Source: a virus
Taxonomy: Duplodnaviria > Caudoviricetes
IMG/VR virus record: IMGVR_UViG_3300028591_000096
Reading direction: 5' to 3' (one strand)
Length of the DNA stretch: 64,000 nt
The notes under the pieces were generated by a model. That model worked only from the letters and a program-made list of their open reading frames with translations. It searched no databases and was not told the origin of the DNA. Each line of letters starts with the position of its first letter. Position 1 is the stretch's first letter. A program made the translations under genes and the position numbers. Of the stretch, positions 30,324-41,616 are shown piece after piece.

Positions 30324-32108
30324 ATGAATATAAATAAGCCAAAATCTCCAGGAATAGAAAAGATCAATGAACAAATTGATATTGTTGCTATGGAATCTTT
30401 CGGTCCAACTTTTAAATTTAGACCAAATCAGAAAGAAGCTGTAGCAACAACTATTGATAATTGGTTAAATGGTGTTGATAATGTTATTATATCAGCACCT
30501 ACTGGATCTGGTAAAAGTATTACAGCATTAACCATAGCTGGAGTTCTTACAAAATTCTATGATATGACTGGATATATTTTAGCATCAGATTTGAACCTTA
30601 TAGATCAATATTCAAGAGACGTTGAAAAATATTTTCCAAATTGGAGTGTCATAAAAGGACAACAGAATTATCAATGTATAGTTAATGGCTTTAATTTTAG
30701 TTCTGGTGCATGTAAGCTTAAAGGGTGTAAATCTTATGGAGATATTAAGAAAAAGTTTCCAGAGTGTTATTCAGAATGCCCGTATATAAAGGAAAGAGAA
30801 AAGGCAATGCATGCAGATCTATTGGTTTGTACTTACTCATTTTGGTTAATTCAACAAAACATTGTAAAGAAATTATTAGGTGAACAAGCACCATTTACAG
30901 AAAGAAATTTTACAATATGTGATGAGGCTCATAAACTTGTTGGAATAGTACAAAATCATTTTTCTCCAGCTATGAAACCTGATGATATAGGTAAAATGAA
31001 AAATATAGCTGAATTCGGACTTGATAACGACACGATTGTTGATGAAATTGAAGTAATTAGAAGAAAAATTGTTTCATCGTCAGACAATTCGTCTATTCTT
31101 GAATATCTTGAAGAATACAACGGAAAGATGAAGGTTATAAGTGATGGTATAGATACTATCAAACGAGATATTTCCGTAAAAACAGATAACAATGAACCTT
31201 TATCTAAAGAAGATAGAACTTCTGTGTATAATTGCGAATTTTTAGAAAATCATATTAGTTCTTTTTCTGATTATGTCGAAATAATAAAGAGTGTTGGTAT
31301 ACACAACATGGTAAAGAATTATGATGATCTTAGTCCAGATAATATAACATTTAATTGTATTGATGAATCTTATCTTATGAATAAGCATTTTCATACTCAT
31401 TGTAAGAATAAGATGTATATGTCTGCTACAATCGGTGAAGCTGATGCCTTTGCTAAAGACTGTTCATTTTCTGTGTACGATTCAATAGAAATACCATCCA
31501 CTTTTGATTTTACATACTCTCCTATATTTTATATTCCAGATTACAGATTATCATATAAAGAGAAAGAACAAAATTTACCAAAAGTTGCAGAGTTAATTGA
31601 AGCCACGATAAATATGTACGCTGGTAAGAGAGGTATAATTCAAACTGGAAGTTATCAGTTTGCGAAGCAACTTATAGATTATGTTGGACCAAATGTAAGA
31701 CAAAGACTGATATTATATGATGACACGAAAGGGAAAACAGAAGCTATAGAATATTTCAAATATTGCAATGACAAGGTTCTTGTTGGTCCAAGTCTTATAG
31801 AAGGTTTATCGTTTGATGATGATCTTTGTAGATTTCAAATAATAATGAAGGTCCCATATCCAAGCTTGGCTGATAAATTTGTAAAAGCTAAAAAAGATAT
31901 TAATCCTTCGTGGTATAGTAATACTACAGCCATATCTATTCTTCAGGGTGTAGGTAGAGGAATAAGAAATGAACACGATTGGTGTGTAACTTTTATATTT
32001 GATGGATGTTATTCGTATTTGTTGCAGGATTCATACAAAATGTTCCCTGATGATTTTATCAGAAGAATACAAGTTATACCACCAACATCAATAGTACAAA
32101 ATAATTAA
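30324..32108 (+). CDS. DinG/XPD-like SF2 helicase
   Basis: FRPNQ, APTGSGKS, Cys cluster, DEAH, MSAT, KVPYP, QGVGRGIR. Start moved to ATG 30324 because the track's TTG lies inside the promoter motif. Confidence 0.85.
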   Translation: MNINKPKSPGIEKINEQIDIVAMESFGPTFKFRPNQKEAVATTIDNWLNGVDNVIISAPTGSGKSITALTIAGVLTKFYDMTGYILASDLNLIDQYSRDVEKYFPNWSVIKGQQNYQCIVNGFNFSSGACKLKGCKSYGDIKKKFPECYSECPYIKEREKAMHADLLVCTYSFWLIQQNIVKKLLGEQAPFTERNFTICDEAHKLVGIVQNHFSPAMKPDDIGKMKNIAEFGLDNDTIVDEIEVIRRKIVSSSDNSSILEYLEEYNGKMKVISDGIDTIKRDISVKTDNNEPLSKEDRTSVYNCEFLENHISSFSDYVEIIKSVGIHNMVKNYDDLSPDNITFNCIDESYLMNKHFHTHCKNKMYMSATIGEADAFAKDCSFSVYDSIEIPSTFDFTYSPIFYIPDYRLSYKEKEQNLPKVAELIEATINMYAGKRGIIQTGSYQFAKQLIDYVGPNVRQRLILYDDTKGKTEAIEYFKYCNDKVLVGPSLIEGLSFDDDLCRFQIIMKVPYPSLADKFVKAKKDINPSWYSNTTAISILQGVGRGIRNEHDWCVTFIFDGCYSYLLQDSYKMFPDDFIRRIQVIPPTSIVQNN

Positions 32109-32120
32109 TTATTTACAGAA

Positions 32121-32435
32121 ATGAGTAATATTGCAAAATCTTCAGAAATGCCTGAACCTCAGGTTATAAATTATGGTCAACATTATAAGTTGTCTGATTT
32201 GTTTATTAATGATCTTAAGAAAGTTTTATCTGATGTCGCATATGTTGATGCACAAAAATTTTTTGATAAAATTGACAAAACAGAAAACAGAGTAATGCCT
32301 ATTGCACAGGTTAATGAGTTAGTAAGAGATCTATCGTATCTTCCATATAAAGTTGTTGCTCCATTTATGACGGTTATAAACAACAAGGAGAATTTCTTAA
32401 AATATTTTGTTCCAACAGAGCCTAAAAAACAATAA
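32121..32435 (+). CDS. Hypothetical protein
   Basis: 104-aa ORF tightly packed in operon. Confidence 0.6.
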   Translation: MSNIAKSSEMPEPQVINYGQHYKLSDLFINDLKKVLSDVAYVDAQKFFDKIDKTENRVMPIAQVNELVRDLSYLPYKVVAPFMTVINNKENFLKYFVPTEPKKQ

Positions 32436-32455
32436 TAGAAAATAAAGATAAGTCT

Positions 32456-33208
32456 ATGTCTAACAAAAACACTATATTTAATCCAGGTCATGTGGTTGAT
32501 CCTATTGAACAGAGGAAAAAGCAGAAAGATGATAATAAGGATATCCAACTTTTAGCGAAGAAATTCATTGAAGATCATAGCGAGAAAAATTTTAATGCTC
32601 TTATGAAACGATGTTCTTGGGGATTAAGAACTTATATTTTTGGTATGACTGGTAGTAAAGAAGATACAGAAAATATATTAAGTATCACAATGGAACATGT
32701 TTATTTTAGAATAGATACTTTCAAGGATGATGCTGGCAAGTTTTCTACATGGATGTATAGAATCGCACATAATGACACAGTTACTTATTTTAGGTATGGA
32801 GGATATAAGAGTAAAATAAACACAGTAAATATTGATCTTTCTGATGTACATGAGCGTATAGTATCTTCCGATGAAGGGTGTACATTTGATGATATGTTTT
32901 CGGATGAGGAAATTGAAAATATGTCATTTGATGGAAAAGAATTCAATACATATACAAAATCTAAAGTGTTATCTGATATATATGATGCATCAATTGAGTG
33001 TATGGGATATTTACCAGATCATTTGATGGTTGTAATGAAAGAGAGATATATAAATCAGAAGAAGGTTGATACAATTGCTGAAGAAAATAAAATATCCTCT
33101 GCAAGCGTTAAAAATTGGATCCGAAAGGGTTGTTCTGAACTTGCAAATGAAGTTAAACTTAGAAATAAAGAATTGTACAGAATCTTTGATGAAATGAGAA
33201 ATAGTTAA
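32456..33208 (+). CDS. Phage-encoded sigma-70 family (ECF-like) RNA polymerase sigma factor
   Basis: Region 2 KFSTWMYRIAHN; region 4 HTH (ERYINQKKVDTIAEENKISSASVKNWIRKG). Confidence 0.85.
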   Translation: MSNKNTIFNPGHVVDPIEQRKKQKDDNKDIQLLAKKFIEDHSEKNFNALMKRCSWGLRTYIFGMTGSKEDTENILSITMEHVYFRIDTFKDDAGKFSTWMYRIAHNDTVTYFRYGGYKSKINTVNIDLSDVHERIVSSDEGCTFDDMFSDEEIENMSFDGKEFNTYTKSKVLSDIYDASIECMGYLPDHLMVVMKERYINQKKVDTIAEENKISSASVKNWIRKGCSELANEVKLRNKELYRIFDEMRNS

Positions 33209-33212
33209 GAAC

Positions 33213-33668
33213 ATGGGATTTGATATATATGATAATAAGATAGTTCAGGCGTTTATGGATTTTAAGAATTTTTTTAAATTCAAAAAAGATATAAGCCGTG
33301 AATTAAGTGAGCCAAAATCAGGAATGAATACTTTAGGTATTAAAAGAAATTGGATTGGAAACATTTTATATGTTCAGATTAATTGTACTGACTCTGATTT
33401 AAGGAACGCTGATTATAACTTTGATCGAATGGTTATGACTAAACTTAAACCATTTGTTCAGTATCTTGGAAAAGATCTTGGGTGGAGCGACTATCTTGTC
33501 CCACAAGTTAGTAATTTTGTAGATGAAAACGACAATCCATCTTTATCATATGGTGTATTATTTGTTTTCACTGGATATAGTTTAACATTAACGAAACTAT
33601 TATATACTTTTCTGTTTATAATAGGGCTTATATTTGTTGGAATTTGGGCATTATGTCATTTCGTATAG
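33213..33668 (+). CDS. Hypothetical membrane protein
   Basis: C-terminal hydrophobic helix. Confidence 0.6.
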   Translation: MGFDIYDNKIVQAFMDFKNFFKFKKDISRELSEPKSGMNTLGIKRNWIGNILYVQINCTDSDLRNADYNFDRMVMTKLKPFVQYLGKDLGWSDYLVPQVSNFVDENDNPSLSYGVLFVFTGYSLTLTKLLYTFLFIIGLIFVGIWALCHFV

Positions 33669-33862
33669 ATAGATATAGAAATGTATACACAAAATATCAA
33701 AAGTTTCCTTATCAAAAATTATCAGGAACAAAAACAATGGTGTATACTGGAAAGATAATAACAGGTGTAAAAGGTATTCCAGAAGGATATGATAGCAAGA
33801 AGGACTATTATTTTAGTTGTGATTGTGATTATCCAGGATGGAGAGAAATAATTAAAGTTTAA
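33653..33862 (+). CDS. Small hypothetical protein
   Basis: ATG at 33653 overlaps the upstream stop region; fills the gap in the operon. Confidence 0.5.
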   Translation: MSFRIDRYRNVYTKYQKFPYQKLSGTKTMVYTGKIITGVKGIPEGYDSKKDYYFSCDCDYPGWREIIKV

Positions 33863-33893
33863 AACATATTTAAAAATAAATTTATAGATATAA

Positions 33894-34580
33894 ATGAGTA
33901 AGAAAACAGACAAGAATGAAGCTAATGTTGTCGATCAGACAGCAAAGCTTGAAGAGGAACGTAGAAAAGCAATTGCTGAATTTAATGTTCAGAATATGGG
34001 GAAGTTCTGGATAGATCCAGATAAGGTTCCTACAGATGAAGACATTGAGAACGTAAAGAAGGAATTCGAGGAAAGAACAAAGGCACTTCAGGAGAAAAAG
34101 GATTATCTTGTAGCTGACAAGAGTAATGCTCTACGTGTTGCTAAGTTCATGAAGGATTTTAATGATAATTCTGTATGGAGTCAGAGAATGTTCGTTGGTG
34201 TTCTTAATTTCTCAGCTTTGATGAGTGATTTTATCGAAAACTTTGATGAGAAAAATCCAAAGGATCTCATTATGGAATATGCACCTACACAGTATGCATT
34301 CCTTCTTTTTGAGAATTATGGTGGTGTAGGAATTGAAGCTGCACGCCACATGGCTGAAATTTGGGATGAATATCTTCCTATTTATGAGACATTGCACGAA
34401 CTCGTAGATTGGTATAAAAATGAAGCCGATAAGTGTGAAGCACTTAAAGAAAAGTGGGCGATGTTTGAACAAGGGTATTATCTTCATATACTTGAAGGAA
34501 CAGAAGAGGATCCAAGGGACGAAAAGAATTCTGTTGATGAACAATCAACTTCTAAAACAAAAGAAGTTTCAGAGCAATAA
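33894..34580 (+). CDS. Hypothetical helical protein
   Basis: 228-aa ORF followed by a terminator. Confidence 0.65.
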   Translation: MSKKTDKNEANVVDQTAKLEEERRKAIAEFNVQNMGKFWIDPDKVPTDEDIENVKKEFEERTKALQEKKDYLVADKSNALRVAKFMKDFNDNSVWSQRMFVGVLNFSALMSDFIENFDEKNPKDLIMEYAPTQYAFLLFENYGGVGIEAARHMAEIWDEYLPIYETLHELVDWYKNEADKCEALKEKWAMFEQGYYLHILEGTEEDPRDEKNSVDEQSTSKTKEVSEQ

Positions 34581-34586
34581 AAAAAT

Positions 34587-34616
34587 AAAAAGAGGTGATT
34601 TTATTCACCTCTTTTT
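34587..34616. terminator. Bidirectional intrinsic terminator
   Basis: AAAAGAGGTGA-TTTTAT-TCACCTCTTTT. Confidence 0.85.
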
Positions 34617-34711
34617 ATTTATAATATAAATTGTCTAGATTCAAAATTTGATCTTATGTTATGAATTTCGTTATAATTAATTTGTTCTTCTATATTATTT
34701 CCAGAAAAATA

Positions 34712-37700
34712 TTATGATTCGATATTATTTACTTGTGTATCACTTTCTTTATAGGTTATATATCCATCCATCTTCTTTTCGAACTTATTTCCATATGAAT
34801 CCCATAATGTCATTTCAATATCATATATACCATATTCTTTGAATTTAAGGAATAATACTTTGTTGAAACACTCAACTATAAGTTTTCTTGATGTACTTCC
34901 ATATTTTTTATATATCTTCCATCTTACAGTCATATTGTTTGATATCATATCTGATATGTTGTTTATATATCCAGGAATATGAGGTAAAATTTCAACATAT
35001 GGAATAGTTGTTGTTATTGGTGTTGTGTGTATATATTTTCCTTTTATGTTAAGATATGATGGATAATCATTCTGGTTGTATTCCCAAATTTCTATAGCAT
35101 CATTAGGATCGAAATTTCTTAAAGATACAGCATAATTTTGATCTATAAATTTTTGAGCATATTTATAATTTATATTGTTTATGATGTATAATGAGTTAGA
35201 TTGGTTATCGCTTAATTTCTCATTTATATCGCAATCATATATCATATAATCAAGACTTGGTGATCCAAACCAAGTAGAACCATCAAATCCAGATTGTTCT
35301 GATTCTCCTTTTCTCTTTTTACAGAGATATGCATATAATGTATATTCTGTTCCACTTTGTCTATTTTTAATCATATATGAACCTTTTCCGAAATAATCGG
35401 AATTATTCGTATTATAGAACAATGTCATCATTCTTCCATTTTTAAGACCATATATTTCATACAGAGTGTTGCTGAAAACTTGATGTGATAGTGTTATATC
35501 TATGATATTATTTTCCTGAGAAATTCTATCAACGTTACAAGGTATTGCCCATTGTGGGATAACATAATATGTTAATCTTGGTGTATCGTTATTGGAACAG
35601 TATGAACTTAATTTGTATGAAAGTGTTGAAGCGTCTGTTTTTGATGAAGGTATAGGCATAAAATAATAATCATCATATTCTGGATTTGATATATATGGCT
35701 TTCCAGGTAACATAACACCAGGAACAGAGAACAAAGGGTATTCACAAACCTCATCATAGACATATAACATTACATCTGCAAATGAACCATTCTTTTCTGA
35801 TAATGACTTATTGTATAATTGATCAAGATCTTTTTCTATTGTTGAGCTATCTATATTATAAGTACTTAATACATTATCAAAACTTTCGCTATCGTATACA
35901 CCAATATGTCCATAATATCCAGATGTTTTAACCAGTCTGAATATTTTAGATTGTGTATCGTGTTGTTTTGTGTCCTCTGCTATTATGTCATATCTGTCAC
36001 TCATAGATGATATAATGACTTTAGATAATGACTTTTCGTTTTCAAGGATATTTGTTCCAGTATCGTTTGTATCGTCATATGTCACTTGCTTTCCATAATA
36101 TTCTATATGATTGCTATCAACATTCGAAATTTGAAGTTTAGGAGCATGTTCAAATACGCATTCACTGACACCATATGTTCTATTGTTGAATATACCAAGT
36201 AAATTAGAAAGTATATCGGTCGACGCTAACTTACCAGATTGATTATATGGTGATCCTGAATTTTTCTCAGGACCGAATACGCTTGCATCTGCAAATTGAG
36301 GTAATACATTTACTTTATTTGAAGATCTTTTGGCAAATATGTTGTTAAATTCATCATAAAGAATAGCGTCTATTGTGTATTCTCCAGTATGATTAACATT
36401 TATGGTTTTTGTTCCATCGTATTCTACGTATTCATCAACATTGTTTTTATATCCATCTATAAAATAATTATATTCGTGTGATGGTAGGAATCTGTTTGTT
36501 GTTTCACTATCTGATATTTTGTATTTGTACATAGAAGACATTCCAGATTCCTTGAATGTATTAACATATATGTACTGATGCTTTTCATTATCATCATATA
36601 CAAAATTAAGTGTGATGACACTATTGTTTTCTGGATCATTGAATATCATTCTACCATTGATAATTTCAAGCATATATTCTAATCCAGGGTTTTCCTCTGT
36701 ACCAGATAATGAATTTGTATATGGAAATCTTATATGATCATTTGAGAAAAGCATATGTTTTTCTTCATACCCTAGAATTTTGAAACAAGGTATATTGTTT
36801 GTGTTATCAGTACAATATCTTAATCCATATGTATTTCCGTTTCTTTGATAATAATTTGAATCTGTTCCATATTTGTGGTTTTTGTAACGCTCTATTCTAG
36901 TGTCGTTTGATATTTTTGATATATATGAAAGAGGATCCAATTGGATAAAATCGTTGTCATTATTATCACTTTCTCCATCATAAGAATTTCTCTTGATGTC
37001 ATTTATAAGAATATCAACTCTTACAGTGTTTCCCTGACCATCACTTATAGTATACTCAGATAAATCTGGCGCATATTCCGTATAGTCTGTGTGAACACCG
37101 TAAAGTATATGCCCATCATGGTCTGTAATAACATATCTCCATTCTGTGTTATCAACATATTCCTGAATTTCTATGAACGATCTAAAGTTGAAATTTTGTG
37201 TTGGTGGGATGAAGGTTGGAACTTCAAGTATATCATATATTGTTCCAGATTGACCCCATTTATTTTGTTTTATATCTATTCTGTAATATGTTGTTTCGTT
37301 TTCTATATATGGAGAAATGTTTGCATAATATTCTTTTACTCCTATATTTTCATCTTTTTGTGAAAATCTTTTAATAACACCATTTTCGATCTGGATTACT
37401 GGAGGATTTAAAAATGCTGAATTTTTATATTTTTTAAAGCACTGATAATAATCAAACATGATTCTGTCATCATCAACTATAAGGTGTGGAGAATCTGTAT
37501 CGAGAAAACTTGTTCCGAATTTATAACTTGAATGTTTACCTCTAGTTCTTACTTCGAATGTGTTTATGTTATCATGAAGATCGAAACACTTTCCAAAATA
37601 AACATAACACGAAGAATCAATAACATCAATGTCGAAATCATGATAGTTATTATTATCATCAAAAAATCCGTCACAAAAATCAAGGAATTTTGAATCTTTA

Positions 37701-39793
37701 ATTTCCTCGATCATTACATCCTTATCGGATGTATGTATATCTACGTTTATATTTGTCGATCCGTTTGTTAATGTTACATATTCTTGTTGAGCTACAGCAG
37801 ATATAGCCTTTTCATTATCGTATTCGAATACTTTTTGATATGTTCCGTATTTTTGAAGATTGTATCTTTCAAAAACAAGACCTTCACCTCCAACGTCTGT
37901 TATATGGCAATTTACACCGATGGCATATTTCTCAAGCCAATTTTTAAGACTCAAGATTTTGGCTAGTCTATCGGTATTAAAATTTTTATAATTTGTTATA
38001 ACAGAAGGGAATCCCCATTTATCTTCTGGTTTATCTAATTCTTCATTGATTTTATAAACCATAGATACCCAGTTCATCTTTCTAAGATGAATTCTCTCGG
38101 ATAAATCAAGATTTGAGATAACATTTCTATTGTTTATATCTTTAAATGATATTTCATATGTAGTGTATCCACTATCATCAAGAGTAGAGTTACCTATCTC
38201 TTTATACCACTCTTTAAAGAAGATCTCATCTTCATAACCAAGTGTTTTAATTGCGTTTAGTAACCCTTTATAACTTCCGATGTATGGAAATATATCATTA
38301 TAGGCTAAGAACATCTTTTTAGAGTTCTTATTGATGCTTATGTAATCTGGAGAATCGTTGTTTATATCACTATCAATGAAAATATCATTGTAGTATTTTG
38401 GATCTGGAATTCCGAAATTTTCAAAAAATGTTCTATATCTTTCATCTTCGCCCTCAGTTTCACCAGACATTAATACCTCACCTATAGGGTACACTTCTCC
38501 AAGTTCACTATTTTCTGTGTTCGATTCGTCTACCAAACAAATGTATAGTGTATGTTCATAAACTCCATCGTTTTCTCCTGAGAATCCTATGTTTGCAGAG
38601 AATCCGTTATTGTTGCATCCATCTGTTGCTTTATTTTTGAAGTCAAGGAACTTTCTGTCGGTCCATGTCATTTCATCATATTTTACATCAAATAATCTGA
38701 AATCTTTCTGTTCTCTACAATCAATAAAGAACAACAGTTTAAATCTTTCTATGTAGTCTTTTACACTTTGGAAATAATCTCTTTTGTTATATAGATCATC
38801 AGCTTCAGATAAAAGATCATTTATCTCTTTTTCTGTTGATTCTTTTAGATTTGTAAAATCATCTATCAATCCGAAATGATAATGATCAGATTCGTATATA
38901 GCGTCTATACTTGAATCTAACAATGATATCTGTTCATCAAGTTCTCTTTTTCTTGCTGACAGTTGAGGATCAACAACACCATATGATTCAAACTTTTTAT
39001 TAAGTTCTCTCGTAACATAGCGAGCTTCGTTTTTTAGTATATTTTGCCTATCAGTAAGTTCATCTATTTCTGATATTTTATCTGATAGAATCAATTCAAT
39101 GTCAGATATACTTGAATCAATGTTGTTAATTTTATTTCTCAATTCTGATATACTGCTATCATATACAACGCAAGCATTTGCAAAATCATCATAGTGCTTA
39201 GCATATTCAGCAACAGAGACAAATTTTCCAGATCCATTTTTATCAACGGCATATTCATCATCAACAAGCACATATATGGTTTGAGTTTCAACTAATCCAG
39301 TCGAAACTTTGTTAAATTCAATTCTTGTGTTGAATGTATATGATGGGAAGAAATTTACACTTGTATCTAATGATAGATTGTTTCTGTCAAGAGTAAGTCT
39401 TCTCGTCTCGTCGTTTGTATCATTATATAGCGGATATGGATAATTTTCCTTTCCGAATGTTGATGTGTAATCTTTTAATTCATAAGTTCCTTTTCTTAAG
39501 AATGCGTCGCCTATATATTGTTCGTTTGCACTTGTGTCAGCAACAGATGTATATACTCTTAATGTTGTTCCATCTTCAATATTAAATCGCATACCAGATT
39601 TTATCTGAAATAAAGATGAGTTTGTTGCAGGATCTACTTCATCTGGTGTACTCTTTACAAGAGCATACTCTGCGTAAAATTCTGGAATGTTGTCATTAAT
39701 GATGTTGATTCTAACACCAGGTTTGTGTGAAAGAATCAATTCGTTTCCGTCTTTGTCAAAATAGTGAAATCTGCTGTAATTAAAAACACCCAT
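34712..39793 (-). CDS. Large baseplate protein (gp7-like wedge subunit candidate)
   Basis: FPYIGSYKGLLNAIKTLGY...EW resembles the gp7/tail-P2-I core; PKD/Ig-like segments (GEYTIDAILYD, GIYDIEMTLWD); late operon. Confidence 0.55.
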   Translation of the reverse strand: MGVFNYSRFHYFDKDGNELILSHKPGVRINIINDNIPEFYAEYALVKSTPDEVDPATNSSLFQIKSGMRFNIEDGTTLRVYTSVADTSANEQYIGDAFLRKGTYELKDYTSTFGKENYPYPLYNDTNDETRRLTLDRNNLSLDTSVNFFPSYTFNTRIEFNKVSTGLVETQTIYVLVDDEYAVDKNGSGKFVSVAEYAKHYDDFANACVVYDSSISELRNKINNIDSSISDIELILSDKISEIDELTDRQNILKNEARYVTRELNKKFESYGVVDPQLSARKRELDEQISLLDSSIDAIYESDHYHFGLIDDFTNLKESTEKEINDLLSEADDLYNKRDYFQSVKDYIERFKLLFFIDCREQKDFRLFDVKYDEMTWTDRKFLDFKNKATDGCNNNGFSANIGFSGENDGVYEHTLYICLVDESNTENSELGEVYPIGEVLMSGETEGEDERYRTFFENFGIPDPKYYNDIFIDSDINNDSPDYISINKNSKKMFLAYNDIFPYIGSYKGLLNAIKTLGYEDEIFFKEWYKEIGNSTLDDSGYTTYEISFKDINNRNVISNLDLSERIHLRKMNWVSMVYKINEELDKPEDKWGFPSVITNYKNFNTDRLAKILSLKNWLEKYAIGVNCHITDVGGEGLVFERYNLQKYGTYQKVFEYDNEKAISAVAQQEYVTLTNGSTNINVDIHTSDKDVMIEEIKDSKFLDFCDGFFDDNNNYHDFDIDVIDSSCYVYFGKCFDLHDNINTFEVRTRGKHSSYKFGTSFLDTDSPHLIVDDDRIMFDYYQCFKKYKNSAFLNPPVIQIENGVIKRFSQKDENIGVKEYYANISPYIENETTYYRIDIKQNKWGQSGTIYDILEVPTFIPPTQNFNFRSFIEIQEYVDNTEWRYVITDHDGHILYGVHTDYTEYAPDLSEYTISDGQGNTVRVDILINDIKRNSYDGESDNNDNDFIQLDPLSYISKISNDTRIERYKNHKYGTDSNYYQRNGNTYGLRYCTDNTNNIPCFKILGYEEKHMLFSNDHIRFPYTNSLSGTEENPGLEYMLEIINGRMIFNDPENNSVITLNFVYDDNEKHQYIYVNTFKESGMSSMYKYKISDSETTNRFLPSHEYNYFIDGYKNNVDEYVEYDGTKTINVNHTGEYTIDAILYDEFNNIFAKRSSNKVNVLPQFADASVFGPEKNSGSPYNQSGKLASTDILSNLLGIFNNRTYGVSECVFEHAPKLQISNVDSNHIEYYGKQVTYDDTNDTGTNILENEKSLSKVIISSMSDRYDIIAEDTKQHDTQSKIFRLVKTSGYYGHIGVYDSESFDNVLSTYNIDSSTIEKDLDQLYNKSLSEKNGSFADVMLYVYDEVCEYPLFSVPGVMLPGKPYISNPEYDDYYFMPIPSSKTDASTLSYKLSSYCSNNDTPRLTYYVIPQWAIPCNVDRISQENNIIDITLSHQVFSNTLYEIYGLKNGRMMTLFYNTNNSDYFGKGSYMIKNRQSGTEYTLYAYLCKKRKGESEQSGFDGSTWFGSPSLDYMIYDCDINEKLSDNQSNSLYIINNINYKYAQKFIDQNYAVSLRNFDPNDAIEIWEYNQNDYPSYLNIKGKYIHTTPITTTIPYVEILPHIPGYINNISDMISNNMTVRWKIYKKYGSTSRKLIVECFNKVLFLKFKEYGIYDIEMTLWDSYGNKFEKKMDGYITYKESDTQVNNIES

Positions 39794-40044
39794 TAGTTAA
39801 CTCTTGTATCGTTTTTATCTAGTGAGAACATATATTGAAGTCTTATCTGTTTAACGACTTCGATTATATATACAATCAAAGGCTCAATATGAGAAAGAAT
39901 CTCTTTGTTTCTCTTATTCTTCATAATAACTGGACTTATAGTATGATCATATATATGACCTTTATAGTCAAATCCCAAGTCTGTGTACATGTCTTGGTGA
40001 CGTGTACAGTACCAACGTCCACTTCTTTTGTTTGGATAATACAT
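39793..40044 (-). CDS. Small late protein coupled to the baseplate gene
   Basis: TAATG overlap with the next gene; late motif at 40072-40079 (-). Confidence 0.6.
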   Translation of the reverse strand: MYYPNKRSGRWYCTRHQDMYTDLGFDYKGHIYDHTISPVIMKNKRNKEILSHIEPLIVYIIEVVKQIRLQYMFSLDKNDTRVN

Positions 40045-40083
40045 TTATTATTCAAATTAAATCCTTTGGATTATTTATCTATA

Positions 40084-40120
40084 ATTAATAATTTAACGAC
40101 TTTTAACGTATAATATTATA
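40084..40120 (+). promoter_or_regulatory. Class II bipartite promoter (variant)
   Basis: ATTAAT-N18-GTATATAATTATA. Confidence 0.5.
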
Positions 40121-40156
40121 GAAACTATATGAAATGTTTTTTTAATCTAAATAAAA

Positions 40157-40171
40157 GTTGTATATTTGCAA
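40157..40171 (+). promoter_or_regulatory. Class I promoter
   Basis: GTTGTATATTTGCAA. Confidence 0.8.
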
Positions 40172-40210
40172 TAGAAAGATATAAGTTTAACGTTTAAAAA
40201 AGAAATAAAA

Positions 40211-40459
40211 ATGGGACTTTTAGAAAATGTTGTAAGTGGAGCAATTGGATACGGAATTGCAAGCGCACGTAAATCAAATGCATTGACCGAGTTGATCGAT
40301 CAGAAGATTAATTCTCATAATCACAATAAAACTTTACGTGATTTGATTGAGGAATATGCCAAATCAAGAGGAATATATACGCAAAATAATCAGCTAGCGC
40401 ATGAACTTCATAAGCTCGCTGAACAATATGAAGAGTATGACTACGATAGATATTATTAA
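40211..40459 (+). CDS. Hypothetical protein
   Basis: 82-aa ORF downstream of tandem promoters. Confidence 0.6.
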   Translation: MGLLENVVSGAIGYGIASARKSNALTELIDQKINSHNHNKTLRDLIEEYAKSRGIYTQNNQLAHELHKLAEQYEEYDYDRYY

Positions 40460-40474
40460 CTTTTTATAATATTC

Positions 40475-41614
40475 ATGGATAATTTAAAACTACATTACGA
40501 TGATATTAGCATCGTTCCTGAGGTTATAACAGATATTGATTCAAGACAAGAGTGTGATCCATTTATTGATGGAATGCTTCCAATTTTTGCATCTCCTATG
40601 GGTTCTGTTTTAGATGAATCCAATTGGAGATTTTTTATGGATCACTATATAAATGTAGTAATTCCAAGAACAATCAATCTTCATAAAAGATTAAATATTT
40701 TATATGAAACGACTGGAGTTGTTTCTAAAAATAAGCCATTTGTTTCTTTCTCGTTAAATGAGGCTAAAGATTTTATACTTTATGGTGATTCGTTAGACTT
40801 CGTTAGGTATAAAGATGAGGAAAACACCAAATACAGGATATGTGTTGATATCGCAAATGGACATATGCGTTCCTTACTTGAAGTAATTAAAGGTATTAAG
40901 GAAAAGTATGGAACTAAAGTAGAAATAATGTCTGGAAATATTGCTAATCCTAAATCATATAAACTATATAATGACGCTGGATGTGATTATGTAAGAACAT
41001 CTATAGGTACTGGAAGCGCATGCCTTACAGCTAGTAATACTGGTATATATTATCCTCCTTTTTCTATTCTTAAGGAAATTGATGAAATCAGAAAGCAATA
41101 TGATGGTAAATGTAAAGTTATTGCTGATGGTGGTATAAAAGGTTTCAGAGATATACAGAAAGCCTTGATATATGCTGATTATGTAATGATAGGTGGACTG
41201 TTTAATAGGTGTATTGAAAGCTCTGGTATAACAACGTATGGAAGATCATGGATCAAAATAGGAAAATTTAAAATAAGAAATTATATTCTTGATTTTTTCA
41301 GATATGGTAAGAAGATAGGTTTTGATAAATACGCTGATGTTATGCCTCTTATAAAATCTGGTTTTCTTGAGGTTAATAAGATGTTCTATGGAATGTCTAC
41401 AAAATATGCACAGCTTGAAACACATAGTAATGAGAAACTAAAAACATCAGAGGGTATTATTAAAAGACAGAAAGTTGAATATTCTCTTAATCAGTGGGTT
41501 GAAAATGAAATATCGTATTTAAGATCAGCTATGTCTTATACAAATAGTAGAACATTGGATGATTATAAAAGATCACAATGGGTTCGTATTAACGGCATTA
41601 CACATAATAAGTAA
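40475..41614 (+). CDS. guaC: GMP reductase / IMPDH-family enzyme
   Basis: LHYDDISIVP, PIFASPM, CVDIANGH, SGNIA, IGTGSACLT, IADGGI, VMIGG, FYGMS, SEG, LRSAMSY. Confidence 0.8.
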   Translation: MDNLKLHYDDISIVPEVITDIDSRQECDPFIDGMLPIFASPMGSVLDESNWRFFMDHYINVVIPRTINLHKRLNILYETTGVVSKNKPFVSFSLNEAKDFILYGDSLDFVRYKDEENTKYRICVDIANGHMRSLLEVIKGIKEKYGTKVEIMSGNIANPKSYKLYNDAGCDYVRTSIGTGSACLTASNTGIYYPPFSILKEIDEIRKQYDGKCKVIADGGIKGFRDIQKALIYADYVMIGGLFNRCIESSGITTYGRSWIKIGKFKIRNYILDFFRYGKKIGFDKYADVMPLIKSGFLEVNKMFYGMSTKYAQLETHSNEKLKTSEGIIKRQKVEYSLNQWVENEISYLRSAMSYTNSRTLDDYKRSQWVRINGITHNK

Positions 41615-41616
41615 AT

